Source: Felis catus (Eukaryota). Taken from it: a DNA stretch of 64,000 nt. Positions 12,443 through 23,800 of the stretch are shown here, piece by piece; position 1 is the first letter of the stretch, and each line of letters starts with the position of its first letter. A program made the translations under genes and the position numbers. Location of the stretch: positions 15,066,001 to 15,130,000 of the forward strand of contig NC_058370.1 in NCBI RefSeq assembly GCF_018350175.1. Direction: 5' to 3'. The notes beneath the pieces are model-generated. The model was not told where the DNA came from and did no database searches. It saw nothing but the letters and a program-made list of their open reading frames with translations.

Positions 12443-13335
12443 TTTTCTTTCTTTTTTTTTTTTTTTAACGTTTTTTTTTTTTTTTTTAATTTATTTTTGA
12501 GACAGAGAGAGACAGAGCATGAACAGGGGAGGGGCAGAGAGAGAGGGAGACACAGAATCCGAAACAGGCTCCAGGCTCCGAGCGGTCAGCACAGAGCCCG
12601 ACGTGGGGCTCGAACTCACGGACCGTGAGATCATGACCTGAGCCCAAGTCGGACGCTTAACCGACCGAGCCACCCAGGCGCCCCACATCACGTTTTTCTT
12701 AAAAAAATGTTTTTTGGCGGGGGGGAGGAGTGCCTGGGTGGCTCAGTCAGTTGAGTGTCTGACTTCGGATCAGGTCACGATCTCATGGTTCATGAGTTCA
12801 AGCCCCACACTGGGCTCCCTGCTGACAGTGTGGAGCCTGCTTGAGATTCTCTCTCTATCCCTCTTTTTCTGCCCCTCTCCCACTCATGCTCGCTCGCTCT
12901 CTCTCTCTCTCAAAATAAATAAACTATAAAAAATACTTAAAAATGTTTTAATGTTTATTTTTGAGACAGAGAGAGTGGGAGCAGGAGAGGGACAGACAGA
13001 GAGGGAGACAGAGAATCCGAAGCAGGTTCCAGGCCCTGAGCTGCCAGCACAGAGCCCGACACGGGGCTCGAACCCATGAACTGTGAGATCATGACCTGAG
13101 CTGAAGTCAGATGCTTAACCGACTGAGCCACCCAGGTGCCCCTGAGGAAGTTAAAAAACAACAACAACAACAACAACAACAAAAACACCCACTGATGCCC
13201 AGGCTTCATCCCAGACCAAATAAACCAGAGTCTTGTGGGGCGCCTGGCTGGCTTAGTCCATACAGCGTGTGACTCTTGAGCTCAGGGTCATGAGTTCAAA
13301 CCCCACACTAGGTATGGAGCCTACTTTAAAAAAAA
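12443..13335. mobile_element. Cluster of four CAN-SINEs in alternating orientation (-,+,-,+)
   Basis: ~12443-12684 (-), ~12722-12930 (+), ~12945-13143 (-), ~13237-13335 (+, short). Confidence 0.9.
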
Positions 13336-15930
13336 TCAGTCTCAGCATTTGGGGCCCAGACATAGGTATTCAAAACATAACAAAACAAAGCAAAACCCTT
13401 TCTACTTTAAAAGCTACTGACGTACAGAAGGGTTGAGAACCAGCGACCTAGCTCTGGGCCTGCAGTTCTGGCCTATGGGTCACTGAGAGGGGCCTCAGGC
13501 TGGCCGGCAGCCTCTCCCAGGCCAGGAAACATATGTGCTTGGGGTTAGGAAACAAGCTGCCTGCCAAGAAGTCACATGAAGTCCTGGGACAGATGAGACT
13601 TTTGGGAGGCGAGGTGAATGGGGCCTGGTGGTGGGTTGGGGCAGGGAGTCCTGATTTCTGCACAGACAGCTGAGATCCTGAGGGAGTACCCTCCCCCCCC
13701 CCCCCCCCGCCCACCGACTTCAAGGACTGTTCGGGCCTCTGAAGAGATTAGGAAAGTATGGCATTCCTGGCTGCAGACCAGCTCCAGAGAACCCCAGAGA
13801 GATGGAAGGGGATGCGTGGTGCCAGCAGGGAGCGGAGGGAGCTTAGAGGCTCAGGAGGGAATTAGGCTGGGGCTGCTCAGTCTGTGATAAAATATCCTCC
13901 TTTTGAAGGGTCTGCAGATGGTAATAACCGCCCACACTCCATGTACCAGACTCTGTGACGGGCCCTGGGGACACAGCCATGAGTAAGTGTCAGGCGTCTA
14001 CCCCACTGGGGCCTTCAGTCTGCTGGGAGAAACAGACAAGGAGGAATTAAACAGAACAACAGGCAGCGACGGGGAGGGGGCCTTCCAGGGCAGGTGACGC
14101 TTGAGTAGAGACTCGAGGGCATGAAGGAAGCCAACCAGGCAAGGTCTGTGGAGGGAAGGAGGGTAAATGGCCAAGTTTGAGGCTGAGTGAGTGGGCGTCC
14201 CAACAGTGGTAGCAGATCGGTGGAGAGGAAGGTAGGCAGGAGCTAGACCACCTAGAGTCCTTCTGGGCTCATGGCCAGAGTCCAGATCTTATTTTGTGTG
14301 TGATGGGGGGTGACCGGAGGCTTTTGGACAGGGTAGTAAGATACCACGGTTTCTACTTTTTAAAGATCACTGTGGTTGGTGCAGGAAGGCTAGACCTTTA
14401 GGGGCAATCATGAGGCAGGGAGAGGAGACTAGTGGTCCAGGTAAAAGAGGAAAACAGCCTGGCCCGGTGGTGGTGCGAAGGGAGAGGTGTGCACGGATGC
14501 GGGGCACCTTTTGGAGTTAGGGACACCAGGATTTGCCGCAGAGGAAACAAGAGAGTGGAGGATGAGTCCTGTGCTTCTGGTTGGAGCATCTGAGCGAGTG
14601 TGGTGCCGTGATCTGAGATGGGAAGCCTGGGAGAGCAGGAGAATTTGGCACCCGCGTGGGGACAGTGCTGACACATGGCTCTAGCTGGGTGACAACGAGG
14701 AGGGAGGCCGGAGGGCTGTGATGTCCTCATGACTCCCGGCCGTGTGCATGTTGGGCCCTCACAGACTGTGGTGGCAGAGCATCTCGGAAAAAGCCAAGAT
14801 GCTGGAACGTGCTGGGTGCTTCCTGCAACCTTTGCAAAGGCCGGCAGAGAGGCGAGCGTTGGCTGAAGACGGTGGCCCATCCTCATCGTCAAGAGGAAAA
14901 GTCCCTACCGCTCGCTGCCCGCTCCCGTCAGTTACTTTGAAATTATGTGTCTGGCTCGTGAACTCCAGACATCTAGCCGGCACCGTACAGATAATCCACC
15001 CCCTTCCTCAAAGCAGTGAGCAGCTGGGCAGCCCGTGCCCAGTGCTAATGAAAGCGGGGACAGGAGGTTTAGAGGGTCATCAGCAAAGAGGCCCCCAAGA
15101 GTCAGAGTCAGCTAGGCTGCAAGAGGCATAGAAACTGGAAACGAGGGTGAAGTGCGGAGGAAACAAAGGAGAGAAATCAGAGGGCGAGTAAGCGGCTCGA
15201 GGCCACATGGAGCCGGAGAGGTACCAGGACAGGCATTCACAAGACCCGGGATCCAGAAGATCCTTTGGGGGCCAGGTGGCCGGCTCCATCTCCCGAAAAA
15301 GGAGCTGGTCTCTGAGGAGAAAACTAAAGAAAAGGAGAAACCAAAAGGCCAACGTCCAGGCTTTAGAAGCCACAGAAAGGCAGTCAGCGGCTCTTCCCTG
15401 GCCAAACGCAGAGAGCCCCAGTCCTGTCTTCTCCCCATTTGGTAAATGTTCTGGCCCCCACGCGGGGTCATTCCGCCTGCTTGGGGAGATGTAATCGGAG
15501 GCTGTCGCTCTGACATCTGTCCCCCCACACATACCTCTCCCCCGTTCCAACACCATCCCCTGTCACACATTCCCAGGCACACCCACGCTGACCAACCCAG
15601 GCACGTACAGCCACAGGCTCCAGCGGACCGAGAGGGAGGGGGTTCATTTCCTGAGGGGTAGCTTGGATGGGCGTCGGGGGCGGGAGAATGGTCAGGAGGG
15701 GAGATGGGCTGACGCAGCTTCTCCAAGCCATGCGAGGATCCAAAGAAAACACAGCTGGAGACAGGGAGAGGGCGGGGGAAGCCGGGCTACACATGTTGAC
15801 ATCTTGGGCAGAAATCCAACTTGGTGTCTTGTGGTCAGCGGAGACTGTGTTTACTCACTCGGACCAGTTACTTCCTCCCGCTGTACCTCAGTTTGCCAGT
15901 CTGCAAAACCGGGGCAATAACAGCATGTCT

Positions 15931-16570
15931 CGGGGCGCCTGGGCGGTTCAGGCAGTTAAGCGTCCGACTCTTGATTCCGGCTCAGGTCCATGAACTCACA
16001 GTTAGTTCTTGGTTTTGAGCCCCGCGTCGGGCTTTGTGCTGACAGCTCGGAGTCTGCTTGGGATTCTTTCTCTCCCCCTCTCTCTGCCCCTCCCCTGCTT
16101 GTGCTCTCTCTGTCTCTCAAAATAAGTAAATAAGCTTAAAAAAAAAAAATAACTATCTCAAGGAATTGTGGTGAGGACTAAATGGGGTCATTTAAAAAGA
16201 GACACAGTTGAGTGGGTTGGTTAAGAGCATGGGTTCTGGAGCCAGATTGGCTTGAGCTAGTTAGGTAACCTCTCTGGGTCTCAGTTTCCTCATCTGTAAA
16301 ATGGGATGATGATACCTGTCTTACAGGATGTTATGAATTTTCAAGTGAGTTGATATTTGATTAAAAGAATTTTTTTAATGTTTTATTTATTATTGAGACA
16401 GAGAGAGTATGAGCTGGGGAGGGGCAGAGAGAGGGAGACACAGAATCCGAAGCAGGCTCCAGGCTCTGAGCTGTCAGCACAGCCCAATGCGGGGCTCGAA
16501 CTCGTGAACTGCGAGATCATGACCTGAGCCGAAGTCGGACGCTTACCCTACTGAGCCACCCAGGTGCCCC
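15931..16570. mobile_element. Two CAN-SINEs (+ 15931-16150; - 16370-16570) with MIR fragments between
   Basis: Typical heads and tails; MIR core TCTCAGTTTCCTCATCTGTAAAATGGG at ~16280. Confidence 0.85.
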
Positions 16571-18298
16571 AGTGAGTTAATATTTTGTAAAGCACTTCTC
16601 GTTTGTTAAACAGCTAGCTAATGCTAATGACCAGAGACATTTATCGAACCTTAAGCATGCCAAGTACTAGGCTCATCACTTTATATACTTTATTACTTTA
16701 AAATCTCACTGCCACCCAGAGAGGTGGGCAGGCACTAGATTGTCTCCATTTGACAGATGTGGAAACTGAGGCTCTTAAAGAGATTTACTTTTTCATTTAC
16801 TCTTGAACGGGGTTGGCCAACTGTGGCCCACGGGCCACATCCAGGGAGCCTTGTTTATAGCTGCCTCCAGGCTGCAGTGGCAGAGTTTGAACAGCTGTGA
16901 CAGAGACCACAGGGCCAGCAGAGCCTGAAATATGTACTACCTGACCTTTCACAGGAACACCTCTCTGACCTCTGCTCTAGAAAATGACAGACGCAAGGTT
17001 CGAACCAAGTCTGTCTGATTCCAAAGCTCTTAACTGCTTGGCTCCTCTCATGTTTTACAATATCACTGTCCCGGGTGCGTAGCAGGGGCTAGAAAAGCAT
17101 TGCTTTCCTGTCCCTTCGAGTGCTGGGAAGTCCCTCCTTCCCTCTTCAAAGCCGGGAGTGAAAGTGCAAAGGGGTTTGGGTATTCTGATCTCTTCATCCC
17201 TCCAGCCAAGTGTTGAGGAGCTTGGCAAAGTCCCTCCTGGGCTTCACATCTGCCAGTATCACTGAAATGTGAGGGTCGGGGGCACAAGCTTTGGGAGAAA
17301 GGGGAAACCAGTGTGATGGAGAGGGCTGGGCTGACCGGGCAAGTCCCTGGAATCAAGGCCACTGGGTACATCTTTTCATCCCCCAGCCCAGGGCTGTATT
17401 TAGGGTCAGTTGGGCTGAGACAGTGAGGTGCAGAAGTTGCGGAAGAATCCAGGGTGGTACAGGTATCACCTGCTCCCCGGGCACATTTGAGGGCTCCGAA
17501 CCTGTCCAGTCAGTCCGCAAATGGGCACTGCCTACACTTAGTGCCAGGCACCGTTCTAGGTACTGGGAATGAGTGGTGAGCCCGAGCCCAGCTCTCATGG
17601 AGACAGGCCACGTCTCCGACAACTTGGTAAACCATTAAATAGTCACAAGATCAATAAAAGCAAACAAACCAGGCTGATGTGATTGAGAGTAACTGCTGCG
17701 TAGGCAGGAAAGTCCTCTCTGAGCAAGTGCCATCGAAGCTGAGACCGAAATGACAAGGAGCTAGCTGTGGGAAGATCAGGTGGAAAGGCATTTTGAGCAG
17801 AGGGAACAGCAAGTGCCAAGGTCAGTGTGGCCAGAGCAGGACGTGAGTTCGACTCAGATGGTGAACTCACGGTTCGTGGGTTTGAGCCCAGCTTCGGATC
17901 CTCTGTCCCCCTCTCTCTCTGCCCTGCTCTCCTCTCTCTCTGGCTCTCTCTCTCTCTCTCTCTCTCTCAGAATAAAGACATAAACATTAAAAAAGAAATG
18001 CCAGGTGCTTATCAAGCCCTTTAAATGCATTAACTCTTTTAATCCTCAGGAGAGCAATCCAGATGAGGAAACACAGGCCCAGAAGGTTAAACCACTGGCC
18101 CAAGATCACGTAGCTGTGTTTAAAGCTCACTGGGGCTGCTGTGGGGACAGGGAAGTTCAGGGGATAAGAATCTCCTGCATCTCCCACAGGAGATAACAGT
18201 GATACAAAGACGAAGCTTGCATTTCAGTGAGGAAAATGAGAGGAAAGAAAACTAACATCCACTAGGTTTTCTGCTTGAGCCAGGCTCCGGGAAGAGCG

Positions 18299-18314
18299 GG
18301 GTTACTAGAGTTCA
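18299..18314 (+). promoter_or_regulatory. LXR response element (DR4) upstream of PLTP
   Basis: GGGTTA-ctag-AGTTCA is a DR4 of the LXR/RXR type, ~1.85 kb upstream of the TATA box. PLTP is an established LXR target. Confidence 0.75.
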
Positions 18315-18489
18315 AAGGCATTAAGGCACTTCCTCCTCTGGATATCCTTAGCACTCTCTTTGTTCCTGTCCTACATGCTTTCTGTCTCGTGTGCTTGTGG
18401 TTTGTGCCCCTAATCTTAACAGCCAGCCTTTATTTGGCACCAAATGGTGTACCATGTACCATGTCTAAAACATGCACTATGCCCATTTT

Positions 18490-18908
18490 TTAATTTTTTA
18501 AGTCTATTTATTTTGAGAGAGAGAGAGAGAGCGAGCACGAGGGAAGGTCAAAAAGAGAATCCCAAGTAGGCTGTGCACTGTCAGTGCAGAACCTGATGGG
18601 GGGCTTGAACCCACGAACCATGAAATCATGACCTGAGCCGAATTCAAGAGTCGGACGCTTAACCACCTGAGCCACCCAGGAGCCCCCATTTAAATTTTTT
18701 TTTCAACATTTATTTATTTATTGGGGACAGCGAGAGACAGAGCATGAACGGGGCAGGGGCAGAGAGAGAGGGAGACACAGAATCGGAAACAGGCTCCAGG
18801 CTCTGAGCCATCAGCCCAGAGCCCGACGCGGGGCTCGAACTCACGGACCGCGAGATCGTGACCTGGCTGAAGTCGGACGCTTAACCGACTGCGCCACCCA
18901 GGCGCCCC
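18490..18908 (-). mobile_element. Two tandem CAN-SINEs; the right one is a young SINEC_Fc-type copy
   Basis: The minus strand of 18908-18700 reads GGGGCGCCTGGGTGGCGCAGTCGGTTAAGCGTCCGACTTCAGCCAGGTCACGATCTCGCGG, a CpG-intact felid-type head. Confidence 0.9.
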
Positions 18909-19825
18909 CATTTAATTTATTCTTGCAATAACTTTATTGTTTCTGTTCTAGGAAGAGGCAACTAAGGCTCAGAGCTGCCTTAGCAAGGGGTCCAACAATT
19001 GGACCTGAGAACTGACAGCCTAGGATTTGAATCCTGGCTGTGTGATAACTACTAGGCTGTAAACACCACCTCCCACCCTTTCACAAAACAGTTCACGGCT
19101 TCTCTGATAGTAACGGCATGATGGTCTCTTCTCCTGCTAAAGCCGGTCCATACTAGAGCCAGCCTCATAGGTTAAGAAGATTAAATAAGTTAATCTAGAT
19201 CTAGTATGACTAGCCATCCTGGTTTGCCTGGGGACCCTGGAACCATCCTGGAAGGGAGACATTCAGTTTCAAAGCCGGGAAAGTCCTAGGCAAATCAGGA
19301 CACGTTGGTATTCCTACCTGGATGAGTGCTTGGTGCTAAATACACGTTCAATGGACACTAATCTTTATTGCTTCTCCTTTCCTCTTTCATCCATTTGATA
19401 ACAAAAAGGTAGCAAGCACTTACTGTGTGCCTGTCCCAAGAGCTGGGAACACTGTAGGCAGCATATGGAGATACTGTGCAGAGAACCTAGCTTCAGAGGT
19501 TCACCAAAAAACCCCACAGAAAACAAACAAGGTTCACAGTCCCTGAGAAACACCAAACCTCCCTCTGGGGTGATTCCAGCAGCCTGTGCACTGTCCTCCT
19601 GAGTGGGCAGCACTTGCTTGGATCCCAGTGGGAGACGTCTCTGGGCCTGTTAGGACCCTAGTCAGTGACCCAGAGACATTTAGGGGGGTCCCATAGTGAA
19701 GCCTGGCAAGGAGAGGTCTTCAGATGAATGTGGCTGGAAGGGAAGGAAAAAAAAAATGTGCCTCCGGCATTGATTTTGTGGGTGGTTCCAATTACCACGC
19801 ACATTTTGCTGGATGAGGAAACTGA

Positions 19826-19838
19826 GGCTCAGTGACCC
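19826..19838 (+). promoter_or_regulatory. Imperfect IR-1 (FXR-type element) in a MIR remnant, PLTP proximal promoter
   Basis: GGCTCA-g-TGACCC embedded in GAGGAAACTGAGGCTCAG...AAGTGACTTGTCC (MIR-like), ~300 bp upstream of the TATA box. Confidence 0.55.
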
Positions 19839-20128
19839 AAGTGAAGTGACTTGTCCAGGATCATGCAGAAAGACATGGGCGTTTGGCATCTGAACCAAGG
19901 TCCCAGAGAAGCAAGGACTGTTGGGACTGGGCGGGTCAACTCCTGCACTTCCCTCCCTCCTTCCCGGCTTGGGTCCCCCACTTGTCTTGACAGCGGCCGG
20001 GCCTGTCACGGGGCTCCGTACAGCCCTCTCCACCCTCCCGGCTGCCAGCGTTCCGCCCCATCCCCTCCCAACCCCCGAGGGAGGAGGGGAGAGCGGGAGA
20101 GAGGAGGGGGGTCGGAGAGGCCCGGCAT

Positions 20129-20232
20129 TATAAAGGCTGCTGGAACAGCACAGCCCGCCAGACCCCGCCGCCCGGATCCCCTGCGCAGCCCGCCGCACCA
20201 CGTGACCCCGCCGACCACCCAGCTCCGCCGCA
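20129..20232 (+). promoter_or_regulatory. PLTP: PLTP TATA box (20129-20134) and non-coding exon 1 (donor after 20232)
   Basis: TATAAA within a CpG-rich region, followed by CA|GTGAGT donor. The next acceptor is CCCTAG|GCCCGCTCGCCATG. Confidence 0.8.
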
Positions 20233-20861
20233 GTGAGTCGGGGCGCGTCCCCATCCACCCCCAGACCCTCGCCGAGCCGCCTGGTCTACTGAGCCCGGGG
20301 AGGGGAAGAGATCCCATGAAGGAGGGTGCTGATATGGGGGGGGGTACCAGGCCGAATCTCGATGGCAGGAATTTAGGACCCAGCAGAGCCGGGAGACCCG
20401 GGAGCCCGAGTTTGGGCAGGCAGCCCCCTTTTCTCCCCCGGCGCGGGGCCTGGGAGACCGCAAGCCACCCCCCAGGAATGCGCGTGCAACCGTTCCCATG
20501 GTAACATGCAAGCCGCGCCCGCCCTCTGCTAAAGGAAAGGGGAGGTGGGGGGGGGGCGCTGGTCACTGGGAGGTCCAAACTCGTCACGCGGCGGGTGCAC
20601 GGGGGGACTGAGGATGTCCCTTCCCCTTCCCCCCCCCGTGCCCCAAATCCTCTGGGAGCCAGAGCGCGAGTCGCATCGCCCTTCTGAGCCTCAGTTTCTG
20701 CATCTGCCAAATGGAGGCAATATAATTGGTTCCGAGTTCCCCGAAGAGCTATTTCGAGGGTAACCACCTCGCCAGCCCCTCTTCTGGCTGGACAACTGGG
20801 GAGTGGGTTTTAGCGGCCCAGATGACTCCAGCGACCCCACCCCACCCTAGGCCCGCTCGCC

Positions 20862-23800
20862 ATGGCCCTCTTCGGGGCCCTCTTCCTAGCGCTTCTGGCA
20901 GGCGCTCAGGCCGAGCTCCCCGGCTGCAAGATCCGCATCACCTCCAAGGCGTTGGAGCTGGGTAAGGCGCGGGGCCGGATGAGGGTGGGTGAGGGAGGGG
21001 TCGCTCCAGCAGTGGGCGCAAGACCTAAGGGCCTCGCTGCTACTTCAGTGAAGCAGGAGGGCCTGCGCTTTTTGGAACAAGAGCTGGAGACCATCACCAT
21101 TCCGGACCTGCGGGGCAAGGAGGGATACTTCTACTACAACATCTCTGAGTAAGTAGGAGACCCGGAGGGCGGGGTCTCGGACTCCGGGGTGGAGCCTCTG
21201 CGTTGGGGGCGGGACCTAGGGGTGGGGAAATTGGCTGGGTCTGTGGGGCGGGTGGGGGCGTGGCCAAACCGGGGAGGCGGGACTCAAGAAACTGGACGGG
21301 GCTTTGAAAATAAAGGTCAAGCCCTCCGACGTAGGCCGGACTAAGCACCGCGAAGCAGGAGGCTTGGGATTGAGGTGTAGCCAAAAGAGCACCGAAGAGG
21401 CGGAGTCACGAAACTTGCCCAGGGATGAGAGTGGGGGTCTAGGGTACCCGGGAGAGGTGGGACAGGTCAGGGGAACAAGAGATAAGAGCCTTGCTTGGGA
21501 TGGTGGGGATAGGAGAATTGGGATATGGAGCGGAGCTCAGCCGATGGAGACAAAATCAAAGGACTCTGTTAAAAGACCAGGTCTAGCGACCATGGGGTGT
21601 GAGAGGGAAGGGAATGGAAGCAATAGGCTTCTAAGAGAAGGGGGGAAGCTCCTCTCTGAGCTGTCCAAGTCCAGGCTGGGCACTCGAGGGGCAACGGAAG
21701 AATTCGTTCCACCCGCCCCGGTTTCCCCAGGCCTGGACTGGAAGAGAAGGGAACGAATTTCCTGTAGTTGGGCGGGGCCCCCTCTTCGCTGTCCTGAATA
21801 TGACCCCGAGGCCTCCTGCAGGGTGAAGGTCACAGAGCTGCAGCTGACATCCTCTGAGCTCCATTTTCAGCCAGAGCAGGAGCTGATGCTACAAATCAGC
21901 AACGCCTCCTTGGGGCTGCGCTTCCGGAGACAGCTTCTCTACTGGTTCTTGTGAGGATCTGGCACCCCTAGGGGAGTGGAGGGGGGATCTGGAGGGCTGG
22001 GATGCTGTGGGGCTGTGGGCAGCCCTTTCGCCTGAGTCACAGTTTCTTCATCTGTACAATAGGGAAAAGCATACCCACTACATAAGGGTTGATAGGGCTT
22101 GGTAAAATGGTAAACTGCCGAAGTGAAGCCTTATTAAGAGGTATCATGATACATATGGGGTGGGTAGCGGGGTAGAGAAGCCGCGGTTAAGCTCCAAACT
22201 GGACATTAAATGCCCCGCACCCCCTTGGCAGCTATGATGGGGGCTACATCAATGCCTCTGCCGAAGGCGTGTCCATCCGCACAGCTCTGCAGCTCTCCAG
22301 GGACCCCACTGGCCGTATCAAAGTGTCCAACGTCTCCTGCCAGGCCTTGGTCTCCAGAATGCACGCAGCCTTTGGGGGAACCTTCAAGTAAGCCCTGTCT
22401 CCAACCCCAGTTGCACCCAGGGCACCCCCTTTGAGCCTTACTGGCCATCTGCCTAGTGCAATGCAAAGTGCACAGGCTTGGGAATCAAGCCAACTGGGTC
22501 CAAATCTCAGTACTCTCATTTCCTGGCTGTGTGACCTTGGGTAAGTCATCGAAGCTCTGTGCCTCAGTTTCCCCGTTGGTAAGATGGGGATGATAATAGA
22601 AGCTCTTTTATATGATGTTAGGAGGACTCCTTGTTAATATATGTAAAAATATTTAGAACGGCACCTGGCATATTAGTGGCTAGCTTCCTAGACAGAAGTC
22701 ATTGTGAGGATCAGTAGGCAGTTGGGCGTGAACTTGGTTCTCAATAATTGGTAGCTCTTGGGGCGCCTGGGTGGCTCCGTCAGTTAAGAGTCCCAGTTCA
22801 GCTCAGGTTTGAGTCCTGTGTCAGGCTCTGTGCTGACAGCTCAGAGTCTGGAGCCTGCTTTGGATTCTGTCTCTCTCCCTCTCTGTCCCTCCCCTGCTCA
22901 CGCTCTGTCTCTCTCAAATGTAAAATAAAACAACAACAAACATAACTGGCAGTTCTTACTACTACTTAACAAAAAAAAATAGCACACTTCCAGGTTTGGG
23001 GCTGAGAAATGGACTTTGTGATAGTTCTCAAAGAGATGGGAGAGAAAATATGGTGGATTTATCATCTGGTGTTGGTACAGTGCAAGCTTGTTGTTGTTGT
23101 TTATTTTTTTTTGGAGAGAGAGGGTGCGCACAAGTGGGGGAGGGGCAGAAAGAGAGAGAGAATCCCTAGCAGGCTTCACACTGTCAGTGCAGAGCCCGAT
23201 GCAGGGTTCAAACTCATGAACTGTGAGATTATGACCTGAGCCGAAATCAAGGGTCAGATGCTAAACAGACTGAGCCATCCAGGTCCCCCTCAAGTTTTTA
23301 TTTATTTATTTAACAAATAAAGTGCATGCCGGTCCCTGAGGATGCATAAAGGAGCTCAGAGCCTAGTTGAAGGGACAAAACATTTACCATCAGGGCTTTA
23401 AGGGAGGAACGAAGAGAGTACTCCAGGGGTTCAGAAGAGGGTAGTCTGGGAAGACTGCCTGGAAGAGGAAGCATCTGGGCCCGGACTGGGGGAAAATATA
23501 GGACAGGAACATTGAGGGTGGAAGGGAGGGCATGAGTAAGCCTCTGGAGGTGGGGATGCTCGCAGCGGGTCTGAGGAACTGGGGGTAAATTCAGTTTGGC
23601 TGGTGGGAGCAGGGGTTAGGAGAGGTCTTTCGGATCAGGCTGGAGAGGGGATTTGGAAAACCTTCATTAAAGAGCTGGTGCTTCGGGTCAAAGTTGAGCC
23701 ACCTCCTCGCCATGTCTCTGGCCATTGATTTCTCCTGGACCTGGGTTGGGGTAGGGCAGTGTCTGGGCTCACACGGTCTCTCCCCTCCTTGCAGGAAGGT

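Noticed and set aside
8727-13209. Recurrent ORFs with WVAQSVKRPTSAQVMIS...SSSP...SLEPASDSVSPSLS
   Set aside because: Translations of CAN-SINEs, not a gene family.
19680-20767. Several 190-250 aa ORFs over the PLTP promoter
   Set aside because: Low-complexity Gly/Pro/Arg-rich CpG-island artefacts on both strands.
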